Origin: Lytechinus pictus
Lineage: Eukaryota
Direction of reading: 5' to 3'
DNA: 64,000 bases
Assembly (NCBI RefSeq): GCF_037042905.1
Contig: NC_087247.1
Location: 5,270,001-5,334,000, forward strand
Positions 26,488 to 39,930 of the stretch are shown in pieces. The notes under the pieces are model-generated. The model had not been told where the DNA came from. It saw only the letters and a program-made list of their open reading frames with translations, and did no database searches. A program made the translations under genes and the position numbers. Numbering within the stretch: position 1 is the stretch's first letter; the number at the start of each line of letters is the position of its first letter.

Positions 26488-28352
26488 CATAGATAAAAAA
26501 AAAAGAAAAAAAAGAATGAGAATAAAGGGGGAGAGGGTGGGGAATGTGCCATTTATGGTTGAGCGATCAGTACAGATACTTTCATCGTTCAATAAAGAAA
26601 GTGGTGCATGGCATAAACAACTTGTCAATGAAACTCAACAATGGTGTACATCGAGCTGCTACAGGACGCACTCTAACTTGCCTTGATGTGCATAGGCATA
26701 TCAGATAACCTGCGCAAGATTTCCCAGTGTCTGAGTGTATTTGGAAAACAGGAGATGTCATTTTTCTTTGACAAGTTTCTTCATGTGTTGAATTTACAAT
26801 TTCCATCCCTTCTTTGCTATCGGTGAGTGAAAGTGAAGTATGAATTGATTTATACATTCATAAAATGTTTAGTTGATCATGCAGGATGCATGGCAAAGAA
26901 TTACAGGGCCCAGTGGTAGGCTTACACTACCCACGGCAGAGTATTTTGAGAGCACTGTCGTTTTTTTTAAGGCTCAACTCCTCGGGTGGTTCCTGATATG
27001 GGACGTTGAGGAGTAAAGACAAAAAGAAGAAGAACCATGACAAAGTGAGTGGACAAAATGGCGTCGCAGAGTTGACGCTATTGACGGACATTTATCATGG
27101 TGAGCTGTATCACAATAAGAAACATGATAACATGAACATTATGAACAATGTAATCGCGCCGCCATTGTCGAGGCTGTAGTGATTGCCTTGAGTCATGTAA
27201 TTAAAATAAAGTGATGTGGTATGCGTCGGTGATCTGCAGTGATCTCCCTTTTCGCGTATCCCTACATGTATATCCTCTGAGGGAGGGCGCTATGAGATAA
27301 TGACGTCGTATGCATAGGCATGAGTTTGTTGGATGAACTGCTTCGCATCTTTGACAGCAATTTTAAGAAATTAATGTTACATTGTTGTACAAAAAGGATA
27401 TTGTTAATGAAAAATTATCAGTTTGGTCAAGGTGTATTGACAAAATTATGTGAGAAAATTGTATACAATTGTGATTTTGGTCCGACCGTGTATTTTATAA
27501 CATTAAGATTAACGTTATTGACTGTTACCATGTAATTAACTAAAAAGTAAATTGTAAATACAAAAGCCTCGATTTTACATAAAGATCCATAATTTTCGAG
27601 TACGCATACGGCACACTGGGGCAGCGATTTACTTGCGCTTCAACTCAAAAGAGCCTCAAGCACGTCTTAAACTTTGCCCTTTTGACAATTTGTTGTCACC
27701 AAGCATCTCTCTTATTAACTTCCTATCCATCAATGTATATTCAACCAATTCAGGGTGAAGCATTACTCTTTATCCATTCACATAATCTATTTATCTCATC
27801 GAGACGTGTATGTCTGCCGGTATTTGAAAAAGCGTAGAAGTCATTATGTAGACAACAATACAACTAAAGATTTGAGCATGCGCATTAAGCACAAATTTGT
27901 TGTAAGCGAATATCGCTTGAGCCCCTGAGTCCCCATAATCCGGCCAGTCTTTTACAAACCAAAAGTATTACACATTAATATTAATCTCCGTGACTGGATA
28001 ATTATGATTTCCTTATCAAATGTAATGTACACGAAAGCTGATATTGCTTGGTCAGTATCGGTCTCAAGCAAGACAAGCCAAAACACCCCACCCCCTCTCC
28101 CCTCAAGAAATGTACAATAGTCCAACCCCTGCGATTATCTGTATGGTTCAGTGTTTTAACAAGTATTTCATTCTATTGTTATTTTTCTGTGCGAGTGTCC
28201 GTGAATTGTTCGACGAACATCAAGTTACAATCGTAATCCCTCACGCATCGCCAAGATAACCATCACTGTCCACTTCTAAGATGCTATCACCTCGTGTGGA
28301 AAATGTGACTCATTTTAGTTTGGCATGCGTTTCAAATGACCACTCTGGACAG

Positions 28353-28506
28353 TATAAATGCAGGATGAAGGTTTCCCAAGGAACAGAGAGCATCGACCGA
28401 AGTGTAGATGGTGAAACACTTGCAAGGGTACAAAGTGAAATAGTGAAACAAGTTTGGAAAGTGAATAAAGGACAGACCTTACCCGAATCGCCTAGCAAAA
28501 ACAACG
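28353..28506 (+). promoter_or_regulatory. Candidate TATA box and non-coding exon 1 of gene B
   Basis: TATAAAT at 28353, strong donor ACG|GTAAGT at 28506/28507, and acceptor cacAG at 28960-28961 ahead of the ATG exon. Confidence 0.6.
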
Positions 28507-28974
28507 GTAAGTAAGCTATCGTGAATTAACGTATCATTTCAGTAGTTCAATGTTTCAAAATATTTTTAAAAACAATCGAAATCAAAATTAATTATTCGAC
28601 CCTCGATCCTGTGACTCATTTGAAAATGCTGCAATAAAACAAAATTAAAGTTCAAACAAATTATTGCAAGATGATCACCGCGCAATTAATATTTGAAACA
28701 TGTGAAATGAAAATAGACAGAATATTTAGTTTCGCAGTGTCTAAAAAATTGCATAATGTATATGATATATACAATTCTATAATTTTTGATGTTTTGGTGT
28801 ACAGGTATTTGTAATAATTATAATTTGATAAAGATATTATGTATTTTTTTTTCTTGTGTCTAGTGTCTACCAGGAGTATCGTTATAATTATTCCTTAGTC
28901 ACATACATATTGCTATGACCACTAATTTTCGTAAATAAAATCATGGTCGTTATCCACACAGATCCTGCCACAAG

Positions 28975-31900
28975 ATGTCTCGTTTTTGGATGATGCTAAT
29001 GTCTGTTCTTGTTCTCATCACAATCGCAACGGCTGCTCCAAGTAAGTATAGGCTGACTTAAAAAAAAACACGAAATAAGCCAAACATGCCAATCGTCTCA
29101 CTGGCGATGTTGGGAAAAAAAACTGTACAAGATGCTATAACTTTCCCGTCTCACCTGTTATACACGTTCAGCATGTTCAGAAAAAAATGCAAAGGAATAT
29201 AATTTATACTTTCAGAAGGTTATTACACTATACCCCTGATAAGGGGCGTCGCTACTGGGGGCAGAGGCAACTGTTTCCTATGTTTTCTGTAAGTAGCAAA
29301 AACGGAGAAAAGGGGATAAAAAAAAGAAAAGTAAGGGAAAGCCGGAAGAAAAATGAGTGGTATAAAAATGATAGCTATGAGTCGTGTAACTCGATATTAC
29401 CCTAGTGATACTTACTGATAAAAGAATTTGTCACGTTTAGATCATCTCACCCCCTTCCAAAACATACTGTTGTCGCCCAAACCCCTGATTTCAACGCAAT
29501 TTCTGTGCCATGAGCTATGACCATGCGCAAGAGTATCGTTTTGCTCAAACGAATTATGCAAAATATAATTGAAAAGGATGCCGGTCAAAGAAACAATTGC
29601 TAAATAGGTGTCCATTGGTGAAATAGTCAATCATGTCAATAGAAAATAATATTATGGTATATACTAAATAACATGTTATAAGTTGGCCTTCAGCGTGTTA
29701 ACATTTTTTTTTCATATTGAGATTGATTATTTCTTTGGGAGGGGAGGGCACGTCCCCCTTTAATACCCGAAATCACCACCTATGCGGGCGCTATAATCTT
29801 ATCCCCACAAGTCTTCAAAAGAACAACAAAAATGGCACACGAACCAAATGAAATTATGGCCCATTGGAGAACAAGCTCATCATAACTTAACTGCTAACGC
29901 GCTGATCTGTTAAAGGACAAGTCCACCCCAACAAAAAAATTTGAATAAAAAAAGAAAAATCCAACAAGCATAACATTAAACATTTCATCAAAATCTGATG
30001 TAAAATAAGACAGTTATGACATTTCAAAGTTTCGCTTAATTTCACAAAACAGTTGTATGGAAATCCTGGTCGGTATGCAAACGAGGAGACTGATGACGTC
30101 ATCCACTCACTATTTCTTTTGTATTTTATTATATGAAATATGAAATATTCTAAATTTCTCCTCATTGTCAAGTGAAACCGCGATTAATTCCTCCCTATAC
30201 ACGTGGAATTTGCATTCTTTAATACTATATGGTTCAGTCAAGTCGGTCCCTACGTTCAAATCTGTAAACAATTGAAATATTGTATAATTCAAACAATAAA
30301 AAACAAAAGAAATAGTGAGTGATGGACATCATCGACTGACTCGTTTGCATGTCACCGAATTGTTCAAATCACTGTTTTGTGAAAAATAAGCGAAACTTTA
30401 AAATACCATAACTTTCTAATTTTACATCCGATTTTGATGAAATTTTCGGTGTTATGCTAGTTTGATTTTTCTCTATTTATTCAAATCAACATTTTGCTGG
30501 GGTGGTCACACCGACAGAACTTTGCTGGAGCGGTCCTTAATGGTAGGGAGAGGGGGTCGAATTTCGACAACGCTCGTCATCGCGCGCAAATGGGGAAAAA
30601 AACGAAAACACGGGTGTTGCCTTAGCCGTGCATCGCTGAAGCCGGCGTTGCTTTAGCGATTGTTTAGTGGTGACACCTCCATACCAACGCCAAACCGAAG
30701 TTCATCACCGCAATGGATCGCGGCTTCAACGCCCGACACCGTTCCAGCAATCCCGTGTTCGCTCGTAAAACGCTTACAACCGTTCCACCAAAGTTTGTGC
30801 AACGTTTAATCACCGCAGCGGTCGTCCAGTTTTCAATATTTCTGCGTTGGCCTAGCGGACCCTAGCGTCCACGAACTTCCGTCTAGCAGTGCCAAACTTT
30901 TACTGGACGTTGTTGGAGCGGTGGTGAACTTTGCTGGAGCAGAAAATTGTCCGCTCCTCACCGCTTGCAATATTTTGTGCAGCTCAAAACTTTCGGAGCG
31001 GTAGGAGGGTCATCAGCGGTGACCTGATGTTAAACGGTGGTGAACGGTAACGAGCGGTGATGAAAAATTTTCACCGCTCCAGGAATGTTCTGGCGTTGTG
31101 ACCACTACTTTAAAGAGATTAAAAATACCACTTTCTCTTTTTTCCCTAGCTGAGCGGTTAAGACGAGATGACAGCTCAGCATGTGATGAAGATGAATGCG
31201 ATGGGGAAGAGGACGGTGATAGTGGAGATTGCGGAGAGGATTGTGATGAACTTCAAGAGGAAGATGATGATAGTGGCGGTGATGAGGACGAAAATGATGA
31301 CGATGACGACTGCGACAGTTGCGGTAAATTTTCTTCCGTTGGTATATCGCATGAAAGCGTGTAGTCATGGTGGTATTTACGAGGATTTAGACAAACTGAT
31401 GATTTGTTTGCGTAAAATATTTTTTATTGTTCAGAAAAAGCCTACCCTATCATGATTCGCATAGACACGAAAAATGAATTCTACGTCCTACCTGATTTGG
31501 TGCATACACATTCACATAATCTAGTCGTTAATCGGAATAGTGGCATTCACTTTTATGGGATTAATATGCTTTAATCTGAGTTCAGAATGGGAATGTTTTC
31601 TATTTTCCTTCAATAAAAAAATCACTGACGTTGTAAGCTATTATAAATCTTGGCTAAATGTGTTTACATTTTACTTCTCCGTATAAAGGATTCTTAAAGA
31701 TATTTTTTCAAATTTCATTTTTGTTCATTTAAGGAGATAGAAAGAAGAGAGACGAAGAAGATGAATGCGAAGATGATGAAAGTTGTGAAGATGACGAAGA
31801 AGACGGAGATGGTAAGAATATATATATATATATTTATTAATAAATTCTACCGATAAAGTCACAGTGCTTTCAATATTTTATATCATTTTGCAAATTATAT

Positions 31901-34900
31901 ACCATCATGGTTTGGCACAGTAGGATCTTAAACATGATAAATGACGTTAAAACAGACACTCCCGAAACACAACACAGCAAAGAACATAATCAAACGAAGA
32001 GTTATATTACCTTTCGACTCTACTGCCATTTAGATTTAATTCAAACCTTCATTTGGTCACCCTGGTTAACATAGGTTGCTGTTAATTGGCCAATTATATT
32101 TCATCAAATTTGGATGTAGAATAAGGAAGCTATAATTTTTTTTTGCTGATTTTTCACAAGACAGTTATATGCGCAATACATTCAGTGGTATGCAAATGAG
32201 AGAGCCGATGATGTCACTCACTATGTTTGTATTTTATTGGAAGGGAGGGGCAACTATTCCAAATAGGGGTTCATTATTTAGAGGGGGTGGGTTAATTCAC
32301 AACATTTCCGTGGCACTCGGGGCGTAAGTATAAGTTTTCCAGGGGTCAAATATAGGTGTATATTTATTCTCGAAAAAAAACCTCTCAAAAGCGAGGGAAG
32401 GAAGCAACCGAGATTAACACAATGTTACTCTGGCATTCTCTGCTCATCTATGGTCACAAAATATTAATGGATTGATGTATATTATATTGCCATTTCAGGA
32501 GACAGAAAGAGGAGAGACGAAGGAGACTTGGAAGATGATAGCAGTCCTGAAAATGACGGTAATCCTTATCTTCTTACTACTTCTCAATCTAACTATGAAT
32601 GCTTTTTGCAGTCCTAAGACTGTAATATAAACTTATTAAACATATTAGAATGAAATATATATTCTAAATGAGCCATATGTAGTCTGGCTGCCATTAACTC
32701 CAAAGAAGTATTTGAAAATCAATGAAAAGGTTCATAACATTTAGCATGGTTGTATTGCTAATTATATCTGACTGTTAGCATCGTCAACTACTAATTATGT
32801 TTTTACTTTATCATTACTTGCTTTTTACTTGCTTTTTTGCGTCATCATAATCCTTGCTTCTGACGGGCACGTGCACAATACAACCACATAATCTTTGTTA
32901 ATGTTATTTGTAAATATAATTTTAATACCATAATTGAATAATAGTATATTAATGAATGGCAACTTTAATGTTTCAGGCGACAGAAAGAGGAGAGACGAAG
33001 GTGACTTGGAAGATGATAGCAGTCCTGAAGATGACGGTAATTATTCTTTTCCCACTTACTCCTACCAATCTAAATCTGAACTCTACTTGCTATCCTCCAG
33101 CTTCATACCCTGTAAAGTAATATATATATATGTATATAAACTCCTCAAAAAAAGTTTGGAAAACTGACTTTGATCGATAATCCCTCCTCGGTTTTAGTGA
33201 AAATTAATGTGTGATGGATACCAATGAATAGATCATTTAATTTTCTTTAAAATTATACCATACATGATATGATTATGGTTCACATGGAGGTGCAGTGCCC
33301 TGAAATGTGGGGCAAGGTCAAAATTCAAAAGTTGCAAAATGACACAATATTGGAAGTCACTGTTCTTTTTTTCCGTGGTGACGAGTGGGTTTCAGCGGTT
33401 TCTTTTGTTTTCATGCACCTACATTAAAAATGGAATCAAACACTCCTCTGCACAAGCAAACACATAACAGACATGCATGGGTATTTCATACCACGACTGA
33501 AACCATGTTATATCACTGAAACATCACTACATAAACCACAACAAAACTTAAAAAATGAAGCAGGGGCTTGATTTGAATGGATTTTCATGTCTATTGACAC
33601 AGACAAAAAAAAATCATGTTCTTTATGACTATTTCTTCATGACTATTTCTGCTCGTTTTGCAGCTTTTTAATTTAGACCTCATCCAACACTTTTGAATCC
33701 TGCTCTTTTCGTGATGGCATGATCATAACAAGCATGGTATCATTTTAAAGAGAATTGAATCATCTTTAGAATGATATGAAATATGCATTGTGTGAAATTG
33801 GGAGTTGGGAGAAATTAATGGCCAAACTCAGATTTCCAAACTTTTTTTGAGGGGTTTATATAGTCTAATTGACCTATGTTATATATTAACTGCCAATAAC
33901 TCCAAAGCAGCCATCATGGCCATTGAAAATGTAAAAGTTCCTGTAACATTTCCCTTCCCTGGTTTTCTCAATGTTTATGACTGCCAGCATCGTCAACTAC
34001 TAATTCTGTCCTTGCTTGATTATTATTTTGTTTTGTGACTCCTTTGCCTCTGAGGGGCGGAACGATATATCTCTGCTAACATTATTGATATTTACAATTT
34101 TACTGCAAATCGATAGTGAAAATAATAATAATGATTAATTATATTTCCCTTTAGGAGACAGAAAAAGAAGAGACGAAGGCGACTTAGAAGATGATAGCAG
34201 TCCTGAAGATGACGGTAATCATTTTACTCTTACCCCTCCCCTCAATCTAAATACGAGATCAACTTTCACCCCCCCCCCCGACTGGAATCATTTAACTTAT
34301 GCCTTATTAAGTTAAAATTCCATGTTCTAAATGACTTCTGAATAATATTGACTGCCACGAGCTCTCAAAGAGTGAATTAAAATCAATTTAAACCTTTTTT
34401 TGTAATATTGGGCTCGGTTGGTTCGTGAATTTATCAGACTCTTTAAAATCAACAGCAATTATTTATAATTGCTATTAAATTGTCAATGTATTTTTTTCAG
34501 TGTCACCTATGCATCTTATGGACACATGGCAATAATATAATCTCCAGAGCGTTTTAATGTTACATTTTGTTATGTCATTTGATAGTAATGGAATCAATAG
34601 ATGTTATATTCCTATTTCAGGAGGCAGAAAGAGGAGAGACGAAGGAGATTTAGGAGATGATAGCAGTCCTGAAGATGACAAGGATTACGGTAATCCTTCT
34701 CTACTAACTATTACGGGGTGTTGCAAGTCTTTTTCGGGTCCCTAAATCAGTCATAAGTGTTGCAATTAATTGCAAATTCATGATTGATTGCTGATCTGTT
34801 TCTTGAAACATGGAGTGTAATCTCATTTGCTACAGTGAAAATTCCTTTATCAGTTGTAAAATTGCTACAGAATATTTGCAATCGATTGCAAATATTTTCT

Positions 34901-36391
34901 TGCAACACCCCCTTAGTCCTTCCAACATGTCCAATCTGAACCTGAATGGGACTTTGCAATCCTTCAACCTATAAGCTATGACACATTTACATTCTCGATA
35001 AATTTTGAATATATTGGCCGCCGTGAACTCCGTGTGAATGAATAAAAATAAATTAAACTTCATGTAAATTTTACTTGGCCGGTGTTTCCCAATGTTATTT
35101 GACTGTTATCATCAACTACTAATTTTGTTCATACATTATTACTACTTTGTTCGGTGTCGCCTGTGCCTCTAGTGGGCAAGTGTATTAGATGAAAATCAAA
35201 TGAAATATACAGTATGTATATATTTTTAATACTACTTGAATAGTAATGGATTTATGACAATCGTATTCCTGTTTCAGGGGACAGAAAGAGGAGAGACGAA
35301 GGCGACTTAGAAGATGATAGCAGTCCTGAAGATGACGGTAATTCTACTCCGTTTATTCCTCCAAATCCAAATGCTACTTGCAATCCACCAAATATAAGTT
35401 GGCGGATTTTTTAATCTTTTTTACAATTTTTTAAGTTAAAAATTTTTATTGACTGCCATGAATTATGAAAATGTAATTGAAAATCAAATCAAATTTCCTA
35501 CTATTTAGTCCGCTTAATTTGCAAATCGTATCAGACTGTTATCAGATTATCGGTATTAACTCTGGATTGTTGTTCATGTTTCTTTAGTATTGCTCTTTGT
35601 TTAGTTCACCTATGATTATGGTTGGCACCCGTGCAGTTACACACCACTGTGTTCGTTAGTGTTGTATACCATTTATATATTTTTTATTTTTTATTAATGA
35701 TAATTTTCATCGCATTTCAGGAGACAGAAAGAGGAGAGACGAAGGAGACTTGGAAGATGACAGCAGTCCTGAAGATGACGGTAATCATTCTCCTCTTATT
35801 CCTCCAAATCTCAATCCGAATGCAACTTGCAATGCTTCAATATGTTATGACATATTCATCTTCAGATTTGTATAAATTGACTGCCGTAAATTCCGCAAAA
35901 CAGTAACGAAAATCAAACAATTCCTCTAAAATTTGATGTTTTTTTTCAGACTGTTAACTCAGTGCATTTATATACTCTCAGTGACATGTCACATTCAGTT
36001 GATCAATCCTGAAGCTCCTTTAGATTTTTAAATCCAATTTTCGGAACTTTGCCAATCCGGTTTAAGCGCCATTGCTCTACTTTTAGCAAAAGCTATTAAC
36101 TCACTGGATTGACATTGCTTCAGTGTAGCATAAGATATGCATTGATGCATCTTCACATTTCTCAATGAAATACATGCCGGATTTTTTCTTTGACTGTCGT
36201 ATGAGATGAATGCAAAGTGGAATTTAGAATATTTGGAAATGAATTCAGAAATTAAATGTTATCATGGTGATATAAATACAACATAATTTTTTACTCGGTA
36301 ATTTAAATGCACAAGTTTCTATTTAATCTGTAAATGTCTTTATAATAACATTATTTTTCATATTTCTCATCTTGCAGGAGACAGAAAATGA
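28975..36391 (+). CDS. Gene B: secreted acidic-peptide polyprotein with repeated RKRR convertase sites (~233 aa); join(28975..29041,31150..31323,31734..31811,32499..32558,32977..33036,34155..34214,34621..34689,35278..35337,35721..35780,36378..36391)
   Basis: Signal peptide MSRFWMMLMSVLVLITIATAAP, then TERLRR-DDSSACDEDEC...DCDSC, GDRKKR-DEEDECEDDESCEDDEEDGD, six exons of consensus GDRKRRDEGDLEDDSSPEDD, and a terminal GDRK*. Every junction is AG/GT, phase 1, and every internal exon length is a multiple of 3 (174,78,60,60,60,69,60,60). Confidence 0.88.
29914..30505. mobile_element. TTAA-flanked Kolobok-like element (family also at 44173-44563)
   Basis: TTAA-aggacaagtccacc start and inverted arms. 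The right end runs into the next element. Confidence 0.7.
30500..31105. mobile_element. GC-rich MITE
   Basis: Imperfect TIR gtggtcacaccgacagaac / gttctggcgttgtgaccac, with internal gctggagcgg repeats. Confidence 0.6.
32460..35960 (+). repeat. Tandemly duplicated exon-plus-intron units (six 60-69 nt micro-exons)
   Basis: The exons are near-identical. The introns keep decayed shared motifs (GTAAT donor, gactgcc, gactgtt, catcgtcaactactaatt). Confidence 0.9.
33138..33858. mobile_element. Tc1/mariner-like MITE in an intron of gene B
   Basis: TA-aactcctcaaaaaaagtttggaaa...tttccaaactttttttgaggggtt-TA, inserted in a TA-rich stretch. It accounts for the longer intron between micro-exons. Confidence 0.8.
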
Positions 36392-36828
36392 AGATACTTT
36401 GAGGCACTTCTGCTGCCGACGTTGAGAAAATATATTGGAGATTGGAGAATATTGCCTTAACTACGGCACATTAATATTATTTTCAAAGTATAAATATATG
36501 TTAAATAAATTAAAAAATTAAAAAAATACCCCCCAAAGAGAAAAAGATAGGTGTACATAAGAGGAAAATTTTGAGCAGGAGGCTGAATATCATGATGTCA
36601 CAGGTATTAAATTTAATATAAAAAAAATAGCGCTATACTTCTGCTTTGAAACTACTTTCATGAAAACATTTCTGCCAGTCGCAAGAGCACGTATTTATTG
36701 CGAAAATTATAATTTGCTTTCACAGAGCCCCCCCCCCCCATCTATCATTTACACGTTAATATTTCTTAATTTACATGACATATCGCTTGCATCACACTTT
36801 ACCTCGTGCGTTAATCCATTTTGACGTA

Positions 36829-37058
36829 CACTGTTAAAAATAATTTAAACAACGCTGTTTACTATGTGAATCGCACAGTAGTTTAAATAGTTTAAACAAG
36901 TGTTTAAAATCTTAAACAACCATGCTTAAATTATTGATAATCAAATATTTGAATTTAAACTTTGTTGCTTAAGATTTTAAACACTTGTTTAAAATGTTTA
37001 AACAACTACTGTGCGATTCACATAATAAACTGCGTTGTGTAAATCATTTTTAACAGTG
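36829..37058. mobile_element. Foldback MITE with CACTG termini
   Basis: TA-cactgttaaaaa...tttttaacagtg-TA, with ~100-bp inverted arms. Confidence 0.8.
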
Positions 37059-38232
37059 TAGATGCCGAAATAATAAAGAATCATAACAATTGTGTAGTGG
37101 TGACTCATATTGATGATAGCCAAGTTTTTATATCAGGTGGAGATGACGACTCTTGATTGCTGTCCGACGACCCATTTGATACGAAAAAGCGACACCGTAT
37201 AATTACTTGTGTACTGTGAAGTTCTAAAAAAAGAGCATCTACAATTTTATTTTAAGAATGTTAAATTCATTAAATGACAAAATTAATGCAAAAAGAGTGT
37301 CAGTAGAACGGTAAGATGCTCGACCTACATGAATCATTAATTGTATTATTTGTATAAGAATGTTGAAAAGAAATACGACTCGCTTTCCTTGTTTAACATT
37401 GTCAAATATATGTAAATTCATATATAAGAGTCTATTTCATCACCTTGATTTTCTTAAATACCACGGTCGTGATATTTCTGTTGTATGACTTTAATAAATG
37501 AATTGTGCTAAATAAATACATGAATATAATGTGAATTCATTCTGCCTATTCTGTATTATTTTGAAAAAAAAGTATTGCATATTCGTGCACATTCTTTCCA
37601 TTGCATGAAGTTAAAGAAGATAAGTATTCTCTAGAATGATATCAGAGCCAACGAGAGTAGGGAAAAAATGGAAGAATTGAAGAGTAGTGCAATGGTATTG
37701 TCACATACGTGGAACCGATACCAGACTGAAAACAAAATAAAACGTTATTTTGATTGGAATTCCATTGGTCGATTGGAATTCGTTTCGCTGGTGTGTCTGT
37801 AGCATAAAAGAAGAGACGAGTGAATGTGACGAAGAGAGAACAATGTAGAAAAAATGGTCAGGAAGGTATATCACGGTTGTATAGGGAGATAATAGAAAGA
37901 GAGATAAAGAAAGAATGAGAGAGAGAGAGGAGAGAGATAGAGAATCGATGAGATAGCGGTACGCACACACACACACACACACACACCCTCACCCTTACCC
38001 ACATACACACCCACATCCACGCACACACATCTGCCCCTAAACCACTACCGCATACTCACACTGCAGACATACAGTAACTCCATTAGCACATTCCAAATCT
38101 TACATATTCTTGATCTTTATCTCTGTGTTTTAATCCTCGATGTAAACAATCATGGTTTTTTTCAAATCCTTATAGTGAGATCTCTAGTTTCAATTCAATT
38201 CAATCATGGTTTATTTCGTATAAAAATCAATA

Positions 38233-39086
38233 GGGGAAGGCGGGGTAAGTTGTGAAACTTTTAGCATTTTGCATGTTAGAATTAATATGACTAATAATAT
38301 TGTAAAAATAAGTACCTTGCCTTTTAATTAGATTCTTGGGAAATATTTTTCAACTATATATAACTTTCTACCCCCACACTGAAAGTCACTGTGACCTTTG
38401 AAAAAAAACGATGTCAAATGGCTCAACTTTCCCCATCTGTGGGGTAAGATGTGCCACATTCTGGGGTAAGTTGAGCCACAAAAACTCTGTACACAATGTA
38501 TGCGGGAAGAACCCGCATGTCAATTTTTCATTTAAAGTCTTTTCACTTGCTAATTCTCTGTAAATAATAACATCCTCTAAAAGTAAAAGAACTGTCATGT
38601 GAATTTGCTCCTTTCTGGCTGCATATCAATGGCTTTAAACGTTTTTTTTAATTATTATCATACATTACCATAAGAATTACCATGGCTCAACCTGCCCCAT
38701 GTTGGCTGGCTCAAAACACCCCAGTCCGAACTTAATGCGATATTTTCACATTCACTCATTTCTTATGCATCCATTATGTAAAAGACTGACAAGAATGAAA
38801 ATCCACACCTGGACTAACAATGTTCTTATTTCTTTATTATATTTAAAGACGTGTGTGGGTAAAAAGCACTGATCTATTTCACACCCTTTTTTACTCTTTT
38901 GGCTGAAATTTGTATTTTTCCCTCTAAAAAGTACTTTTTGTTTCAAAGTTGAAAACAATGTGGTGGGGTGAAGGGATATGTAATGGGTCATCAATACATG
39001 ACACCACTACAATGTCTGACCATTCATTATTGGCCTGGGGGTGGTGGCTCAACTTGCCCCCATGCTCAACTTACCCCGCCTTCCCC
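38233..39086. mobile_element. Intact copy of the TA-flanked GGGGAAGGCGGGG-TIR element
   Basis: Perfect terminal inverted repeats and TA flanks. Colinear with 13480-15920 minus the nested insert. Confidence 0.85.
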
Positions 39087-39089
39087 TAC

Positions 39090-39930
39090 ATGTAACACAG
39101 CCAACATTCTGAAATTAGCATGTTTACAGTAAAATGTTCACATAGATAATAAATAATTTTTAAAGAGCAAGTGTGCATAATAATTCATTAAATATAATAA
39201 AAAAGAATGAAAACAATATGTAAATACAATATTAAAATGTGATGGATATTAGACAATTAAAAATTCTAATAGTAATTGGATTGAAATGAAGACTAAACAA
39301 TGGCAAATAGTTGAGTTGATTTCAAGGCTATGAAAGTAAAAATTTATTCAGAATTTAGTAAATCAATTAAATATGGTATTGCACTTTTTCTAAAACGATC
39401 TGTTTTGCATTATATCTGAGCAAATTTTGGAACGCTTCTTAATGAGATTGAGACATTTTTCCTTTTTGGTAGCCAGTCATTACAGTGAGGGTTTTTAAAA
39501 GAGATTTAGCAAACTCCATACATAGATTTTTTCGTCTTCTTTTTAGACATTCTAATCCACATATTGTTAGTGCATTTTCATAATCTATATAATCTGAACC
39601 AAGAATTATTTTGCAAACTCTTTTTTGTATTTTTTCAAGTCCTTTATTTGTTTAGCAGTTAGTGCTCCGTTGAATACCAGTACACAATACTCAAATATTG
39701 GACGAATATATGCAATGTAATTTTGAACTAGGTACATTTTTTCATTACACCTTTTTATAATATCTGAAATTTGTTTATCCCATTTTAAGTTTGACTGAAT
39801 ATAAACAAGTATTTTAACAGTTTCTGTATATTTTAGAGAAGTGTCACCAGTATGCAATAGATTAGGTAATGGTGGATTTTTAGAAAAAGTAACTCTGATT
39901 ACATTGCATTTATTCGGATTTAGTTTGTAC
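39090..39930 (-). mobile_element. Decayed non-LTR retrotransposon (CR1/L2-like) 3' fragment
   Basis: ORF 39606..39857 contains NLKWDKQI...YIAYIRPIFEYC...F, typical of the region downstream of the RT core. A probable (ATTGA)n tail at ~38190 is separated from it by the inserted DNA element. Confidence 0.7.

Noticed and set aside
28281-28514. ORF with an Ig-like motif (DHSGQYKC)
   Set aside because: It overlaps the candidate TATA box and non-coding exon of gene B and is too short for an Ig fold. Treated as chance.
32499-35780. Regularly spaced ~60-bp repeats as a CRISPR-like array or a classical neuropeptide precursor
   Set aside because: The repeats are AG/GT-bounded in-frame exons separated by introns of hundreds of bp in eukaryotic DNA. 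The peptides are extremely acidic and only one could be amidated, unlike typical neuropeptides, although a signalling role is not excluded.
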